This document shows, one piece after another, positions 1 through 9,131 of a stretch of 64,000 nt of DNA (positions are counted from its first letter, which is position 1; each line of letters opens with the position of its first letter). The position numbers were made by a program, and so were the translations under genes. Origin of the DNA: Gemmatimonadales bacterium (GTDB lineage: Bacteria; Gemmatimonadota; Gemmatimonadetes; Gemmatimonadales; GWC2-71-9). The notes beneath the pieces were generated by a model. It had not been told where the DNA came from. It worked only from the letters and a program-made list of their open reading frames with translations, and did no database searches. The stretch lies in the NCBI GenBank assembly GCA_041577295.1, contig JBFGJG010000005.1:1-64000 (forward strand), read 5' to 3'.

Positions 1-1
1 G

Positions 2-736
2 ACGGCGACGGATGGCGAGGACTACAGCGACCTCGAGGAGCTCTACGGGGAGTTACTGGGCCAGTGGAATCGCTATGTGGGGCACGTGCTGACGCTCGTC
101 GGCGGAGTGTATGAGACGCTGAAGACTACGGATCAGGACGGACCCGTGTACGAACCCGTCCCGGTCGCAAAACAACGCGAGGCGGTGGGGTTTCTCGTAG
201 CCGAAGTGTTCGAGACACCAAAGTGGTTGAACGACCACGGCATCCTCCGGCTCATTGAGCACGCGGGCGCGGTGGACCGGATTCGTGGCTTGCAGGTACG
301 GCGCCTCAATCAGCTCTTGGATCCTGCGAGAATGCAACGCCTCATCGAGATGGAGGCGATGGACAGCAATGGGAGCTACTCGTTGCTCCAGTTCCTCGGC
401 GACGTGCGGGACGGCGTATGGCGTGAGCTGCGGGGAGCGGAACCGATCGACACGTATCGCCGGAATCTGCAGCGCGGATACCTCGAGCGCATGGGGTTCC
501 TCATGACGGAGGAAGTGGACACGCCGACGAGTCCGTTCGTGTGGCGCACGCCGGTGGACGTGAGTCAATCCGACATCCGCGCTTTCGTACGCGGTCAGCT
601 CACGGAACTCCGGCGCGACGTCTCACGCGCGGCTGGGAGGACGAGCGATCGGGCGACGCGTTATCATCTGGATGATGTGATGGTGCGGATCGACCGGATC
701 CTCGAAGGGGACAAAGCCGATGACTCAGCACCGTAA
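2..736 (+). CDS. Zinc-dependent metalloprotease (DUF4953/DUF5117-type), C-terminal part; 5' end outside window
   Basis: Frame is open from base 2 (TATDGEDYSDLEELYGELLGQWNRYVGHV...). C-terminal motifs PVPVAKQREAVGFL, IDTYRRNLQRGYL and TRYHLDD resemble this family. The catalytic HExxH is not in the window. Confidence 0.7.
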   Translation, partial: TATDGEDYSDLEELYGELLGQWNRYVGHVLTLVGGVYETLKTTDQDGPVYEPVPVAKQREAVGFLVAEVFETPKWLNDHGILRLIEHAGAVDRIRGLQVRRLNQLLDPARMQRLIEMEAMDSNGSYSLLQFLGDVRDGVWRELRGAEPIDTYRRNLQRGYLERMGFLMTEEVDTPTSPFVWRTPVDVSQSDIRAFVRGQLTELRRDVSRAAGRTSDRATRYHLDDVMVRIDRILEGDKADDSAP

Positions 737-760
737 GCAGCCTCCGAGACCCGAGTAGGA

Positions 761-1933
761 ATGAGCCGCGTATTCGCAGTCCTTCTTGCGGCGGCGATGC
801 TCTTAGGCCTGTGCTGTGCGTCGGACAGATCTCCAACAGCCGTGCCCGGAGAACCCCTGCCGGGATTGACAGACGCTGAGCTGACACGCTTCCGCCAGGG
901 GGCGGTGCTGTTCGACCGCGTGTTCACACCACCGGAGGGCTTAGGACCCCTGTTCAACGAGAATCAGTGCAGCGCGTGCCACACTGATCCGGCGAGCGGC
1001 GGATCCGGTGGCGTGCGGGTCGACAAGGCGACGCGTTTCGTGCCACCGGACTCCTGTGATCTTCTCTCGACGTCAGGCGGTGAAAACGTCCGCAGACAAG
1101 CGACACCGTTCATGAGAGCGCTCGGAATCGAGCGGGAAGCGTTTCCGAGCGAGGCCACGGAGCGGGGTCGATTCACGCCCCCCTTCCTCTTTGGCCTCGG
1201 GCTCGTGGAGGCAATACCCGATGAGACCATTCTTGAGTACGCGGACCCAAACGACACTGATGGGAACGGGATCTCGGGCCGCCCCGGCACGGCAACCGAT
1301 GGGGGGCTCGGCCGTTTTGGGCGAAAGGCAGAGTTTCGGACGCTGCTGGCATTCACCGACCTTGCACTGCGTCAGGAAATGGGGCTGACCACACCATTGA
1401 CCCCGGTGGAGAGCGGTTTCAATGGCGGGCCACTCCCTCCCGGCGCCGACCCAGCACCCGAACCGGAGGTGGACCTACAAACCCTGGAGTTGTTTGTGGA
1501 CTTTGTACGCTTTCTCGCTGCTCCGGCACGCGCTGACCGTGGCCCGGCGCATCGTGACTCTGTCCGTCTAGGTGAGCAGGTCTTCGAAAGCCTTGGATGC
1601 ACCCGTTGTCACGTACCCGCCATGCGTACCGGACGCAGTGACATCGCGGCCCTGGATCGCAAGATGGTGCCCCTGTACTCTGATCTCCTACTGCACGATA
1701 TGGGATCGGCCCTGACCGATGTTTGCGGTTTGGGAGCGACACCTTCGGAGGTGCGTACGGAACTGTTGATGGGGTTGCGATACCGCGACGTGTACTTACA
1801 CAATGGCGGCTCGGGTACGCTACCTGATGCGATCCACCGCCATGGTGGAGAGGCTCAGGCCGCTCGAGATGCGTTCGCGGCTCTAGATCAAGTGAGTCAA
1901 CTTCATCTATTCACCTTCCTGAACTCCCTCTGA
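761..1933 (+). CDS. Exported di-heme oxidoreductase family protein (DHOR/DUF1111-like)
   Basis: Signal-like N-terminus; two CxxCH motifs (CSACH, CTRCH); GLGPLFN, PPFLFGLGLVEAI, DGNGISGR, GRFGRKA, LYSDLLLHDMG motifs. Confidence 0.85.
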   Translation: MSRVFAVLLAAAMLLGLCCASDRSPTAVPGEPLPGLTDAELTRFRQGAVLFDRVFTPPEGLGPLFNENQCSACHTDPASGGSGGVRVDKATRFVPPDSCDLLSTSGGENVRRQATPFMRALGIEREAFPSEATERGRFTPPFLFGLGLVEAIPDETILEYADPNDTDGNGISGRPGTATDGGLGRFGRKAEFRTLLAFTDLALRQEMGLTTPLTPVESGFNGGPLPPGADPAPEPEVDLQTLELFVDFVRFLAAPARADRGPAHRDSVRLGEQVFESLGCTRCHVPAMRTGRSDIAALDRKMVPLYSDLLLHDMGSALTDVCGLGATPSEVRTELLMGLRYRDVYLHNGGSGTLPDAIHRHGGEAQAARDAFAALDQVSQLHLFTFLNSL

Positions 1934-1957
1934 CTTCCGAACGGCCTCGCGAGCACA

Positions 1958-2371
1958 TTACTGAAGCTCGAAGTTCCGTGCGGAGTTTGCCAGGAGCTCG
2001 TCGTCTGGCGCAATCAAGACTTCAACACGACCCGTGTGCGTCCCCAGCCCGTACTGGGCAATAAGGTCGCCGGCGTCCCCCACCTCAAAATCGAATAGTC
2101 CGTTCTGTCGCTGCTGGAACGTTTGACTCGTGTGCGCCATGTCGTCTATGAAAGCGGTCACAGTAAAGCTCCGCTCCGGGATGACAATCAAATCGAACGT
2201 GAACGTGACGACGTCCCCTTGCTGAGCCGGGTTCGGACTGATAAACAGCACGCCGATGGAGAACGCCTTGTCCTCACCAATCTTGCAGCCCCCCATCACT
2301 GCACACCAAGCCAAAATCACTGCTATGGGCAGCGGTGCAAATCTCCCTGACATCCTCCGCGAGTTCGTCAT
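1958..2371 (-). CDS. Hypothetical lipoprotein, beta-rich/Ig-like
   Basis: Basic N-terminus, hydrophobic stretch and lipobox-like MGGC; ATG overlaps the upstream TGA (ATGA). Confidence 0.65.
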   Translation of the reverse strand: MTNSRRMSGRFAPLPIAVILAWCAVMGGCKIGEDKAFSIGVLFISPNPAQQGDVVTFTFDLIVIPERSFTVTAFIDDMAHTSQTFQQRQNGLFDFEVGDAGDLIAQYGLGTHTGRVEVLIAPDDELLANSARNFELQ

Positions 2372-2787
2372 TCGTCTTGGGAGCCTCTGCGGAAGAACGC
2401 GGAGGAACTGATGTTCGGTGGAATGCGCAGCTGGATTACGTCGCCCGCTTCCAGGAGGAGATCATCGGAATAGAAGAGCCCCTCTGCAGCAATGAAACTG
2501 ATCTCGAATGCCAAGGGACGTGGCTGCCAGAGAACGGCGGTCAGAGGTCCCTTGGTTTTCCCGATGATCAACCCTAGAGAGTAGCGGGCACCGCCATCGT
2601 ACAGCACGTAGACGCGCGCGTCGCTATAATGATCATTAGTTACCGCAACGTAGATACTATCATTGACGAGCGGTGCGGCTCCACGTTGGATCTGTAGATC
2701 GCGACCACCACCAGCACCGCACGCACCGGTTACTATCAAGAGCAGCATCCACGCGGCACACGGCAGTCGCTTCTGAATCGTTCTCAT
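2368..2787 (-). CDS. Hypothetical lipoprotein
   Basis: ATG at 2787 gives MRTIQKRLPCAAWMLLLIVTGAC (lipobox TGAC), then a beta-rich domain (YVAVTNDHYSDARVYVLYDGGARYSLG). Confidence 0.65.
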   Translation of the reverse strand: MRTIQKRLPCAAWMLLLIVTGACGAGGGRDLQIQRGAAPLVNDSIYVAVTNDHYSDARVYVLYDGGARYSLGLIIGKTKGPLTAVLWQPRPLAFEISFIAAEGLFYSDDLLLEAGDVIQLRIPPNISSSAFFRRGSQDE

Positions 2788-2833
2788 CGTAGGGCGCGGC
2801 TCGAAGACCGCGATCCTGAGTGGAAACACCAGT

Positions 2834-3736
2834 TCATTGGGTGCGTTGCCATCCGCGTCGTGTCCAGATGACGATCACTCCACATTGGGTCGCCGTGCTC
2901 GTACCGCCGAACCTGACGGGTACCTCAGACGCCCGACGGTATACCTCCACGCCCTGGACATCTCGCGGCATTACGACGTCATCAAGAGCGATTTCGGGAC
3001 GTTGAGCGGGGTCGGCGCTCCCCCGCACCTCCGTGGCTTGTTCGCGTACGCCATGCACATCCACTCCACGGATGCGGGCATCACCCCGGATCACCAGCAG
3101 TCCGTCGATGAACACTCTTGGATGACAAGCGCCACCCAAAGACAGGAGTGAGCCCCGAAATGAGATGCTCGAGCGGGCGAGCCCTCCGGTGCCGCGGATG
3201 AGCCGCACACCCGGTATCGACGACAGCAGGTCCGACATTCGAACGGGTGCTCGGCGATCGATATCGCTGCGGGTGATGAAATGCCCAAAGTCTGCGTTCC
3301 GCCGGTCGTAGAACCCTACGCGCCGGAGGAACGCCTCCGTCTCTACCATGGGCGCCGTCACCTCGACCGGATCGAGCTGGACCGGAAGCGGTGAGAGATG
3401 GAACTCGCTCTGCCATACATCACCGTGGGAAAGCTCGATCGGCCCATCGATCCAGACCTGGTATCCGAGACGGCGTGCCTCTATGAAGTAATGGCCGGGC
3501 CGCGGCGCCAGCAGCTCGTACATTCCTTCCTCATCCGTGACGACAGACACGGTGCGATCGCCCCGCTGCGGAATCAAAGTGACGACACCGCCGCCGATGG
3601 GTTCGTTGGTGGAGAGATCGAGGAGACGGCCCTGGAGCACTTGACTGTTTGCAACGCGCATCGGGCCGACAAGAAGCAGTACCCCGATCGTGACACCTGG
3701 AATGCTCGTTACTGCGATTTGACCACTACGCACCAC
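2834..3736 (-). CDS. Carboxypeptidase-regulatory-like domain plus TonB-receptor plug-like domain, no barrel
   Basis: Signal peptide; LQGRLLDLSTNEPIGG...TDEEGMYEL...ARRLGY; then GFYDRR, SDLLSSIPGVR, CHPRVFIDG, VQGVEVYR, CGVIVIWT; ends at 300 aa. Confidence 0.8.
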   Translation of the reverse strand: MVRSGQIAVTSIPGVTIGVLLLVGPMRVANSQVLQGRLLDLSTNEPIGGGVVTLIPQRGDRTVSVVTDEEGMYELLAPRPGHYFIEARRLGYQVWIDGPIELSHGDVWQSEFHLSPLPVQLDPVEVTAPMVETEAFLRRVGFYDRRNADFGHFITRSDIDRRAPVRMSDLLSSIPGVRLIRGTGGLARSSISFRGSLLSLGGACHPRVFIDGLLVIRGDARIRGVDVHGVREQATEVRGSADPAQRPEIALDDVVMPRDVQGVEVYRRASEVPVRFGGTSTATQCGVIVIWTRRGWQRTQ

Positions 3737-3830
3737 GCCGGCTCCAGGAATGGATCCGATCTTACGAATCTACCAACCCATCACAAAAGCCCCAACCGCC
3801 GGAATCAATAGCGGAATTCCGGGCCAAACG

Positions 3831-3864
3831 AAAAAGGTGGGAGGAGCTGGCGTCTCCTCCCACC
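3831..3864 (-). terminator. Intrinsic terminator of susC-susD
   Basis: Perfect 11-bp stem GGTGGGAGGAG/CTCCTCCCACC (3836-3846/3854-3864), 7-nt loop, followed by TTTTT on the minus strand, about 30 nt after the susD stop. Confidence 0.85.
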
Positions 3865-3892
3865 AAGGGTTACACCGTGGACACCCGTATCC

Positions 3893-5341
3893 TCAGATTA
3901 TTCCCGCAGGCGGATCCAGGGGATTCACCGGCTTATCGAGGTTCGGATTGCCCTCGTACTCCTCGAGCGGCATTGGTATGCAAGTCCACGGCCCGTAGGT
4001 CGCTGGGGGGCGCTCCGGATTGGGATGCGCGCCCGACGGGAAGAAATCACCCACCCCGTCCCGCTTCCATCGCCGCAGGTCACCGAGCCGGAACCCGCCC
4101 ATGAATAGGTCACGTCCTCGTTGCCGCCGAAGCTCGGCGAACAAGGCGTCGCCCGTGAGGGTGACGGCTGCCTCGTTCCCGACCGCACGGCGGTCGTTCA
4201 CGAACGCATTCACGGCCGCATCGTTACCGCCCTGACGCATCATCGCTTCATTCATGTGATGGAGCGCCTCGACCTGATCGGCTAACAGGACGTTGGTGGC
4301 CCTCTGAAACAGAATGACGTCACCGTTATCGCCGTTGCCCTCATTTGCGCCGGTGCAATTTGGGCAGGCGGCCGAGGATGGGGCGATGGTGTTACCCGTA
4401 TACCCGCTGAATCGAAGCCCCTGATACGGCTTATACAGCTTGGTCGATTGATCGTGCCCTGTTGTGAAACGGGACGAGTGCTGGATTCGGGGATCGGTCT
4501 GGGTATCGATAATATCTTGATCACCGTAGGTCCCTTGAAGGAACCAGGGAGACATACCGATCGTGTGGTTTGACCCATGAACCTCGTTGAAGAGATTGTT
4601 GTCGAGATCGTCCGACGCATCGGAATACTCGATCCAGAATTGAAAGCCCGGCGTGACCTGAGACGCAGAGGAAATGGCGTTCGCGAAATCACCGAGGGTG
4701 AGATACGCCCGGGCCAGCCCTACGTTCGCGAGGCCCACGAGGTTTGCCGCCGAAGCGGCTGCCCCAACCGTGACAGCTCGCTGGAAATGCGGTATAGCCA
4801 GTGCCATGACCTGCAACGGACCCAACAGATTACCGCTAGGGTCGTCCGGCTCGCTGAATACGGCCTGGCAGATAGTTTCTGCAACGAACACGTAGCCATA
4901 GCCCGTAAGAGCCGAAACCAGCGCAACACGCCGGTCCGAGCCAGGATTGGGAGCCAAGTTATCGAGCCGGTCCAACGTCTGCTCCCCGAGCGCAACGATC
5001 TCCGCCAGGTTGGCCCACATTTGGAACGACGGACCCTCTGTATAGTTCACGATTCGCTGATTGTAGCGCTGCCAATCTTCCCAATTGAGCCCCGTGAGCT
5101 GCTCGTCCGTTAGAAAGGCCTGCGCCTGTGTCATGGCCTCTTCGTCACCGGACATTTGCTCGGCGAAGACCGCCCGGACACCGGCGACCTGCGCATCGAG
5201 AAGCGCCGGATCATCGAGCTCGTTCACGCCGATTGACTCCGGATTGTCGACCTCGAGAATTTCATTGCAGGCGGAGAGTGGCATCATCATCGATGCCACG
5301 GCAAGCAGTCCCGCCCACCGTGCGATCTTACGATGTCCCAT
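3893..5341 (-). CDS. SusD/RagB-like outer-membrane lipoprotein
   Basis: ATG at 5341 with GGAGGGGG SD; lipobox LSAC then NEILEVDNP; GLARAYL TPR-like helix; C-terminal ELRRQRGRDLFMGGFRLGDLRRW and CIPMPLEEYEGNPN; directly after a SusC-like gene. Confidence 0.9.
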   Translation of the reverse strand: MGHRKIARWAGLLAVASMMMPLSACNEILEVDNPESIGVNELDDPALLDAQVAGVRAVFAEQMSGDEEAMTQAQAFLTDEQLTGLNWEDWQRYNQRIVNYTEGPSFQMWANLAEIVALGEQTLDRLDNLAPNPGSDRRVALVSALTGYGYVFVAETICQAVFSEPDDPSGNLLGPLQVMALAIPHFQRAVTVGAAASAANLVGLANVGLARAYLTLGDFANAISSASQVTPGFQFWIEYSDASDDLDNNLFNEVHGSNHTIGMSPWFLQGTYGDQDIIDTQTDPRIQHSSRFTTGHDQSTKLYKPYQGLRFSGYTGNTIAPSSAACPNCTGANEGNGDNGDVILFQRATNVLLADQVEALHHMNEAMMRQGGNDAAVNAFVNDRRAVGNEAAVTLTGDALFAELRRQRGRDLFMGGFRLGDLRRWKRDGVGDFFPSGAHPNPERPPATYGPWTCIPMPLEEYEGNPNLDKPVNPLDPPAGII

Positions 5342-5355
5342 GATGACCCCCTCCA

Positions 5356-8300
5356 TTAAAAGTTGACGCTGATCGATGCCGACAGTCGGCGCGGCGGTGG
5401 GACCGATGCGTAATCGAGAACCTCGAAGTTGTTGTTCCGACCCCCGCCCGTCCCCCCACGTGGTGACCACAGTACCTCCGGATCACCCAGTCCGTCATAC
5501 TTCGTGGCAGTCCAGAGATCGCGACCGGAGAGGGTGATGGCCCACCGACTCTTGCGGAATGGTCCGCCCCAACTTTGCGGAATGGAATACGTGACCGAAA
5601 GCTCACGCAGCTTGAGGAAGTCCGCCTGCTGGATATACGTCTCGGTCTGCCGACTCATCGCCACCTCGACGTCCACGGGATCAGCATCGGGATTGTTGAT
5701 GTCCCAGGTGTTTTGGTCAGACCGATTGTTGATCGAGCAGATCGCGCACAATTGGTAGTGGCCACCTTTGTAGTCCAAGTGCGCGAACACCCGAAGATTA
5801 CCAAGGAGGGTGAAGTTGTTTGAGAAGCCGATCTCACGTGTAGGGCTCGACGGTCCGACAAATCGTTCGTGGCAGCTCCCACCATATCCATTGGGATCCT
5901 GCGTGTCGGGCCAGCTGCACTCGAAATCAACGGTAACATTCCCGTTCGCATCCACGACAGGGTTGCCGCTCGCGTCGCGGATCACGTCGACGGCCCAGAA
6001 GCTACCGAGTGGATAGCCTTCGCGGTGTCGCTGCGAGTTGGTGAACGCACCGTATTGGATCTCGTCGCGTGTCCCGCCAAATGATACCAATCGATTTTTG
6101 TTCGTCGCAATCGACGCGGTGATATCCCAGGCAAAGCTGGGGTTCCGAATCGGGCTCGCAGTCGCGAGGACCTCGAATCCCGTGTTCGAGATCTCTCCAA
6201 TGTTGATGAGGTGCGTGCTATTGAAGCCGGTGGAGGGCGGATCAGGAATCTCCATCAAGGCATCCTTCGTGTGCTGGTCGTAGTACGTGATTTCCAACCC
6301 CAGCACCCCGCCGAAAAGCGATGCGTCAAACCCGAGCTCCCACTCGCTGCCTGTCTCGGCCTTGAGATCGGGGTTGCCGAAGGCATCCGTACGGACAGCG
6401 TTGACGCTGGTCGCCTCCGCGATGACGACGTCTGGCTGGACCGTGCGGTCAGCCGAGAAGGGCGCCGGGGCGTTCCCCGCCTGACCCCAGGCAAAGCGAA
6501 GCTTCAGGTCGTCAATGAACCCGACATTGAAGAAGTCCTCTTCCGAGATGACGTACGATGCCGAGAACTTTGGATACGCGACGAGAGAGAAGGCGTTCCC
6601 GAAGGCCGAGTTGTCGTCGATGCGGACAGCTCCCGTGACGAACACGCGGTCCCGCCACCCAATCTGCTCCTGAAAGAAGAAGCCGAGCGAAGTTTGCTCG
6701 TTCAGCGCCTCGCTCGCGTCACGGTTGGCCGCTGTGCCCACGAGGTTGACGTTGTTGGCCACCAAGCCGTTCCCCTCCGCTGTCCAGCGCCGGTATTGTC
6801 GAGCGTTCACTTGCATGCCACCTGAAAAGCGCGACGTGATCACCGACGACAGTCGGGCACGGATGGATCCGGAATAGTCGACCGTCCATGTATGCGTGAT
6901 CGGGAGGCGCTGACTGATCGCGCCGGTACCATTGGTCGCTCCCCATTTGAGCGTGGAGTCGATGGCAAAGAACTCCGTCTCTCGAACATCGTACTTATCC
7001 ACGCCCAGGGTGAGTCGATTTTCGAACCACGGGAACGGATCGTAACTGGCCGTGAGCCCGATGGTCGTCCGCTCCTCCCGGATTTGGAGATCGAACTCGT
7101 TGGTCTGGTCCGGACCAAAGCCTCGGAATCCAGGCTCCCACGCATCGTCGATCCCGCGAGCGCGTCCTCGATACGCGTTGCGCAACAGGCCGTTCGACGC
7201 ATTGTCGCTGAGAGGCATACCGGTGTGGTTGCGTGCGTAGCCGACGTTCAGGCCCAGATTGAGGTTCCCCATCGGGGTCCACTCGAAGTTGGCCCGTCCG
7301 CCGATTCGTTCCTGGAAGTTGTTGCGGAAAATGCCCTGTTGGTCGAGCCGATTGAACGAGAGGTAATAGTTGAACTCCTGAGTCCCTCCCCGCGCCGACG
7401 TCTTGATATCATACAGGTTCGCTGCCCGGAGTGCCCTGGGGTGCCGCTGGAGGGGATTGTCTGTCAGAACAAACACGCCACCCCACGCGTCGTCGCGTAG
7501 AATGTCGGATTCGGGAATGCTGAAGCGCTGCTCACCCGCGTTGTTCGTGTATTGAACATCCGACGGATTTGCGCAGCCGGGATGGTCGTCTGGATCGGCC
7601 TGTCGCGCGAGCGTGCAAATCCAGTACGTCGTGGGCGTCTCGCGGACCCACTCCGACTGACCGTACTCGAACGAAGCGGACCATTGGACCCCACCCGATC
7701 CACGAGCACCTTTTTTCGTAATGATCTGGATCACTCCAGAAGCCGCATCTGCTCCGTAGAGCGTAGCGGCGGCCGGTCCCTTGATGACCTCGATCCGCTC
7801 GATGTCGTTGGGATCAATGAACTCCATGGGGCTGCGGTATTGCACGGTGGAGTTCGAGACGCCGTTTGTCTCGAAGGCGTTCCCCTCGAAGCGGATCCCG
7901 TCAATGTAGTAGACGGGCTGGTAGGACGCGTTCAACGATCCACCGCCCCGGATCTTGATGTTCGATCCCGTGCCGGCCAGTCCCGAGTTTTTGTACAGCG
8001 TAAGCCCCGGAGCGCGTGCGTTGAGCAGCTCGCGCACGTTGCCTACCGGCGCCACCGTTGCGAGATCACTCACATCGAGGCTCGTTACCGCGTTGCCGAC
8101 CTCGCGTTTTTCAGTCCGCCCCGCCGTGCCCGTGACGACGATTTCGCTAAGTTGGATGGCTGCGGGCGTTAAACTGAAGTCGACGGTTTGCGCTTGCTCG
8201 GCCGCGACGGTGATCGACTGCTCCGATCGTGAGTAACCGATGATGATGACTTGGATGCTGTAGGCGCCCGGGGGAACACCCTGCATCTGGTAGATCCCAC

Positions 8301-8508
8301 TCTCGTTTGTTCGGGTCTCCCGTAAAGCGGCTCCCTGCCCCACGAGAATTACTCGCGCGTTCACGAGTCCCCGACGCGTAGCAGCGTCGGTGACCGTGCC
8401 CCGTACGTTGCCCCCGATTTGGGCCGCAAGAGGCCCAACCGCGCCGAGCCAGAGGGCCACGCCCGCGAGTGCACCCAGCATGTGCTTGAGACCAATTCGT
8501 GGCTTCAT
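5356..8508 (-). CDS. SusC/RagA family TonB-dependent outer-membrane transporter
   Basis: Signal peptide, carboxypeptidase-like N-domain, TonB box (LSEIVVTG), SusC plug signature DIERIEVIKGPAAATLYGADAASGVIQIITKKG, GNPDLKAE, C-terminal Phe; GAGGAGG SD. Confidence 0.95.
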   Translation of the reverse strand: MKPRIGLKHMLGALAGVALWLGAVGPLAAQIGGNVRGTVTDAATRRGLVNARVILVGQGAALRETRTNESGIYQMQGVPPGAYSIQVIIIGYSRSEQSITVAAEQAQTVDFSLTPAAIQLSEIVVTGTAGRTEKREVGNAVTSLDVSDLATVAPVGNVRELLNARAPGLTLYKNSGLAGTGSNIKIRGGGSLNASYQPVYYIDGIRFEGNAFETNGVSNSTVQYRSPMEFIDPNDIERIEVIKGPAAATLYGADAASGVIQIITKKGARGSGGVQWSASFEYGQSEWVRETPTTYWICTLARQADPDDHPGCANPSDVQYTNNAGEQRFSIPESDILRDDAWGGVFVLTDNPLQRHPRALRAANLYDIKTSARGGTQEFNYYLSFNRLDQQGIFRNNFQERIGGRANFEWTPMGNLNLGLNVGYARNHTGMPLSDNASNGLLRNAYRGRARGIDDAWEPGFRGFGPDQTNEFDLQIREERTTIGLTASYDPFPWFENRLTLGVDKYDVRETEFFAIDSTLKWGATNGTGAISQRLPITHTWTVDYSGSIRARLSSVITSRFSGGMQVNARQYRRWTAEGNGLVANNVNLVGTAANRDASEALNEQTSLGFFFQEQIGWRDRVFVTGAVRIDDNSAFGNAFSLVAYPKFSASYVISEEDFFNVGFIDDLKLRFAWGQAGNAPAPFSADRTVQPDVVIAEATSVNAVRTDAFGNPDLKAETGSEWELGFDASLFGGVLGLEITYYDQHTKDALMEIPDPPSTGFNSTHLINIGEISNTGFEVLATASPIRNPSFAWDITASIATNKNRLVSFGGTRDEIQYGAFTNSQRHREGYPLGSFWAVDVIRDASGNPVVDANGNVTVDFECSWPDTQDPNGYGGSCHERFVGPSSPTREIGFSNNFTLLGNLRVFAHLDYKGGHYQLCAICSINNRSDQNTWDINNPDADPVDVEVAMSRQTETYIQQADFLKLRELSVTYSIPQSWGGPFRKSRWAITLSGRDLWTATKYDGLGDPEVLWSPRGGTGGGRNNNFEVLDYASVPPPRRLSASISVNF

Positions 8509-9009
8509 ATCCGCCTCCTCTCAGAGATGGCGCGGCCTCCGCCACTGAACGGCGGGCCGCCAAAGATGCCTCCCCGCTCGGAGCGACATCCCCCGTTCAG
8601 GCGGGAATGCGCGATACGCCGTTTCCACGACCTCGAACGGTTATCTGCAGCGTGAGGACCGCTTACCCTGTTCGTAACGCCGCATCAGCGTGCCACCGCA
8701 CCGCGCACGGCCGAAGCGACGGAGAATGTCTGTTGGATTCGGTTGGTGTGGAGCGCGAGCTGGCTCGTCGCTACTTCACTGTCCGCAATACCCTCGTCGG
8801 CTGGCGGGGGCTGCACCGACCGCGGACACTTGGAACCGGGGCGGTCGATCGTTGCCGCAGAGCCAACCGGCTAGCCCAACTTGGTGGACAGCGGGCCGCG
8901 AGCTGCGACGCTCCATCGTGGCAAACATCAGAATTGGTGAGTGCACCTCCTCGGGCAACGGAGGTCGTGTTGCGAACGCACCTGAGTAGGTCGCAAAGGA
9001 CTTATCCGT

Positions 9010-9038
9010 TTAATACCATTAAGGACCGGCATGCGCAA
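9010..9038 (-). promoter_or_regulatory. Candidate sigma70 promoter facing susC
   Basis: Minus strand TTGCGC-N17-TATTAA with TG immediately upstream of -10 (extended -10); the -10 lacks the final T. Confidence 0.4.
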
Positions 9039-9131
9039 GGTTGAGTCCACCCCCGTCGATTGATTCTCGTCGACTAGCGGCGCCGATGAAAGTGACCCGA
9101 TAATCCTGCTCACGTAGAAGGAGCTCTTGTC

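Noticed and set aside
8536..8610. GCCACTG suggesting a cobalamin riboswitch
   Set aside because: It is on the strand opposite susC, and the other core elements (GGGAA...GGTG...AATCC, B12 box) are not visible.
8680..8697. TGGCACGCTGATGCG as a sigma54 promoter for susC
   Set aside because: GG-to-GC spacing is 9 nt, not the required 10.
8499..9044. 181-aa plus-strand ORF and other small ORFs in the susC-amidohydrolase gap
   Set aside because: No motif, no clear SD and non-protein-like composition.
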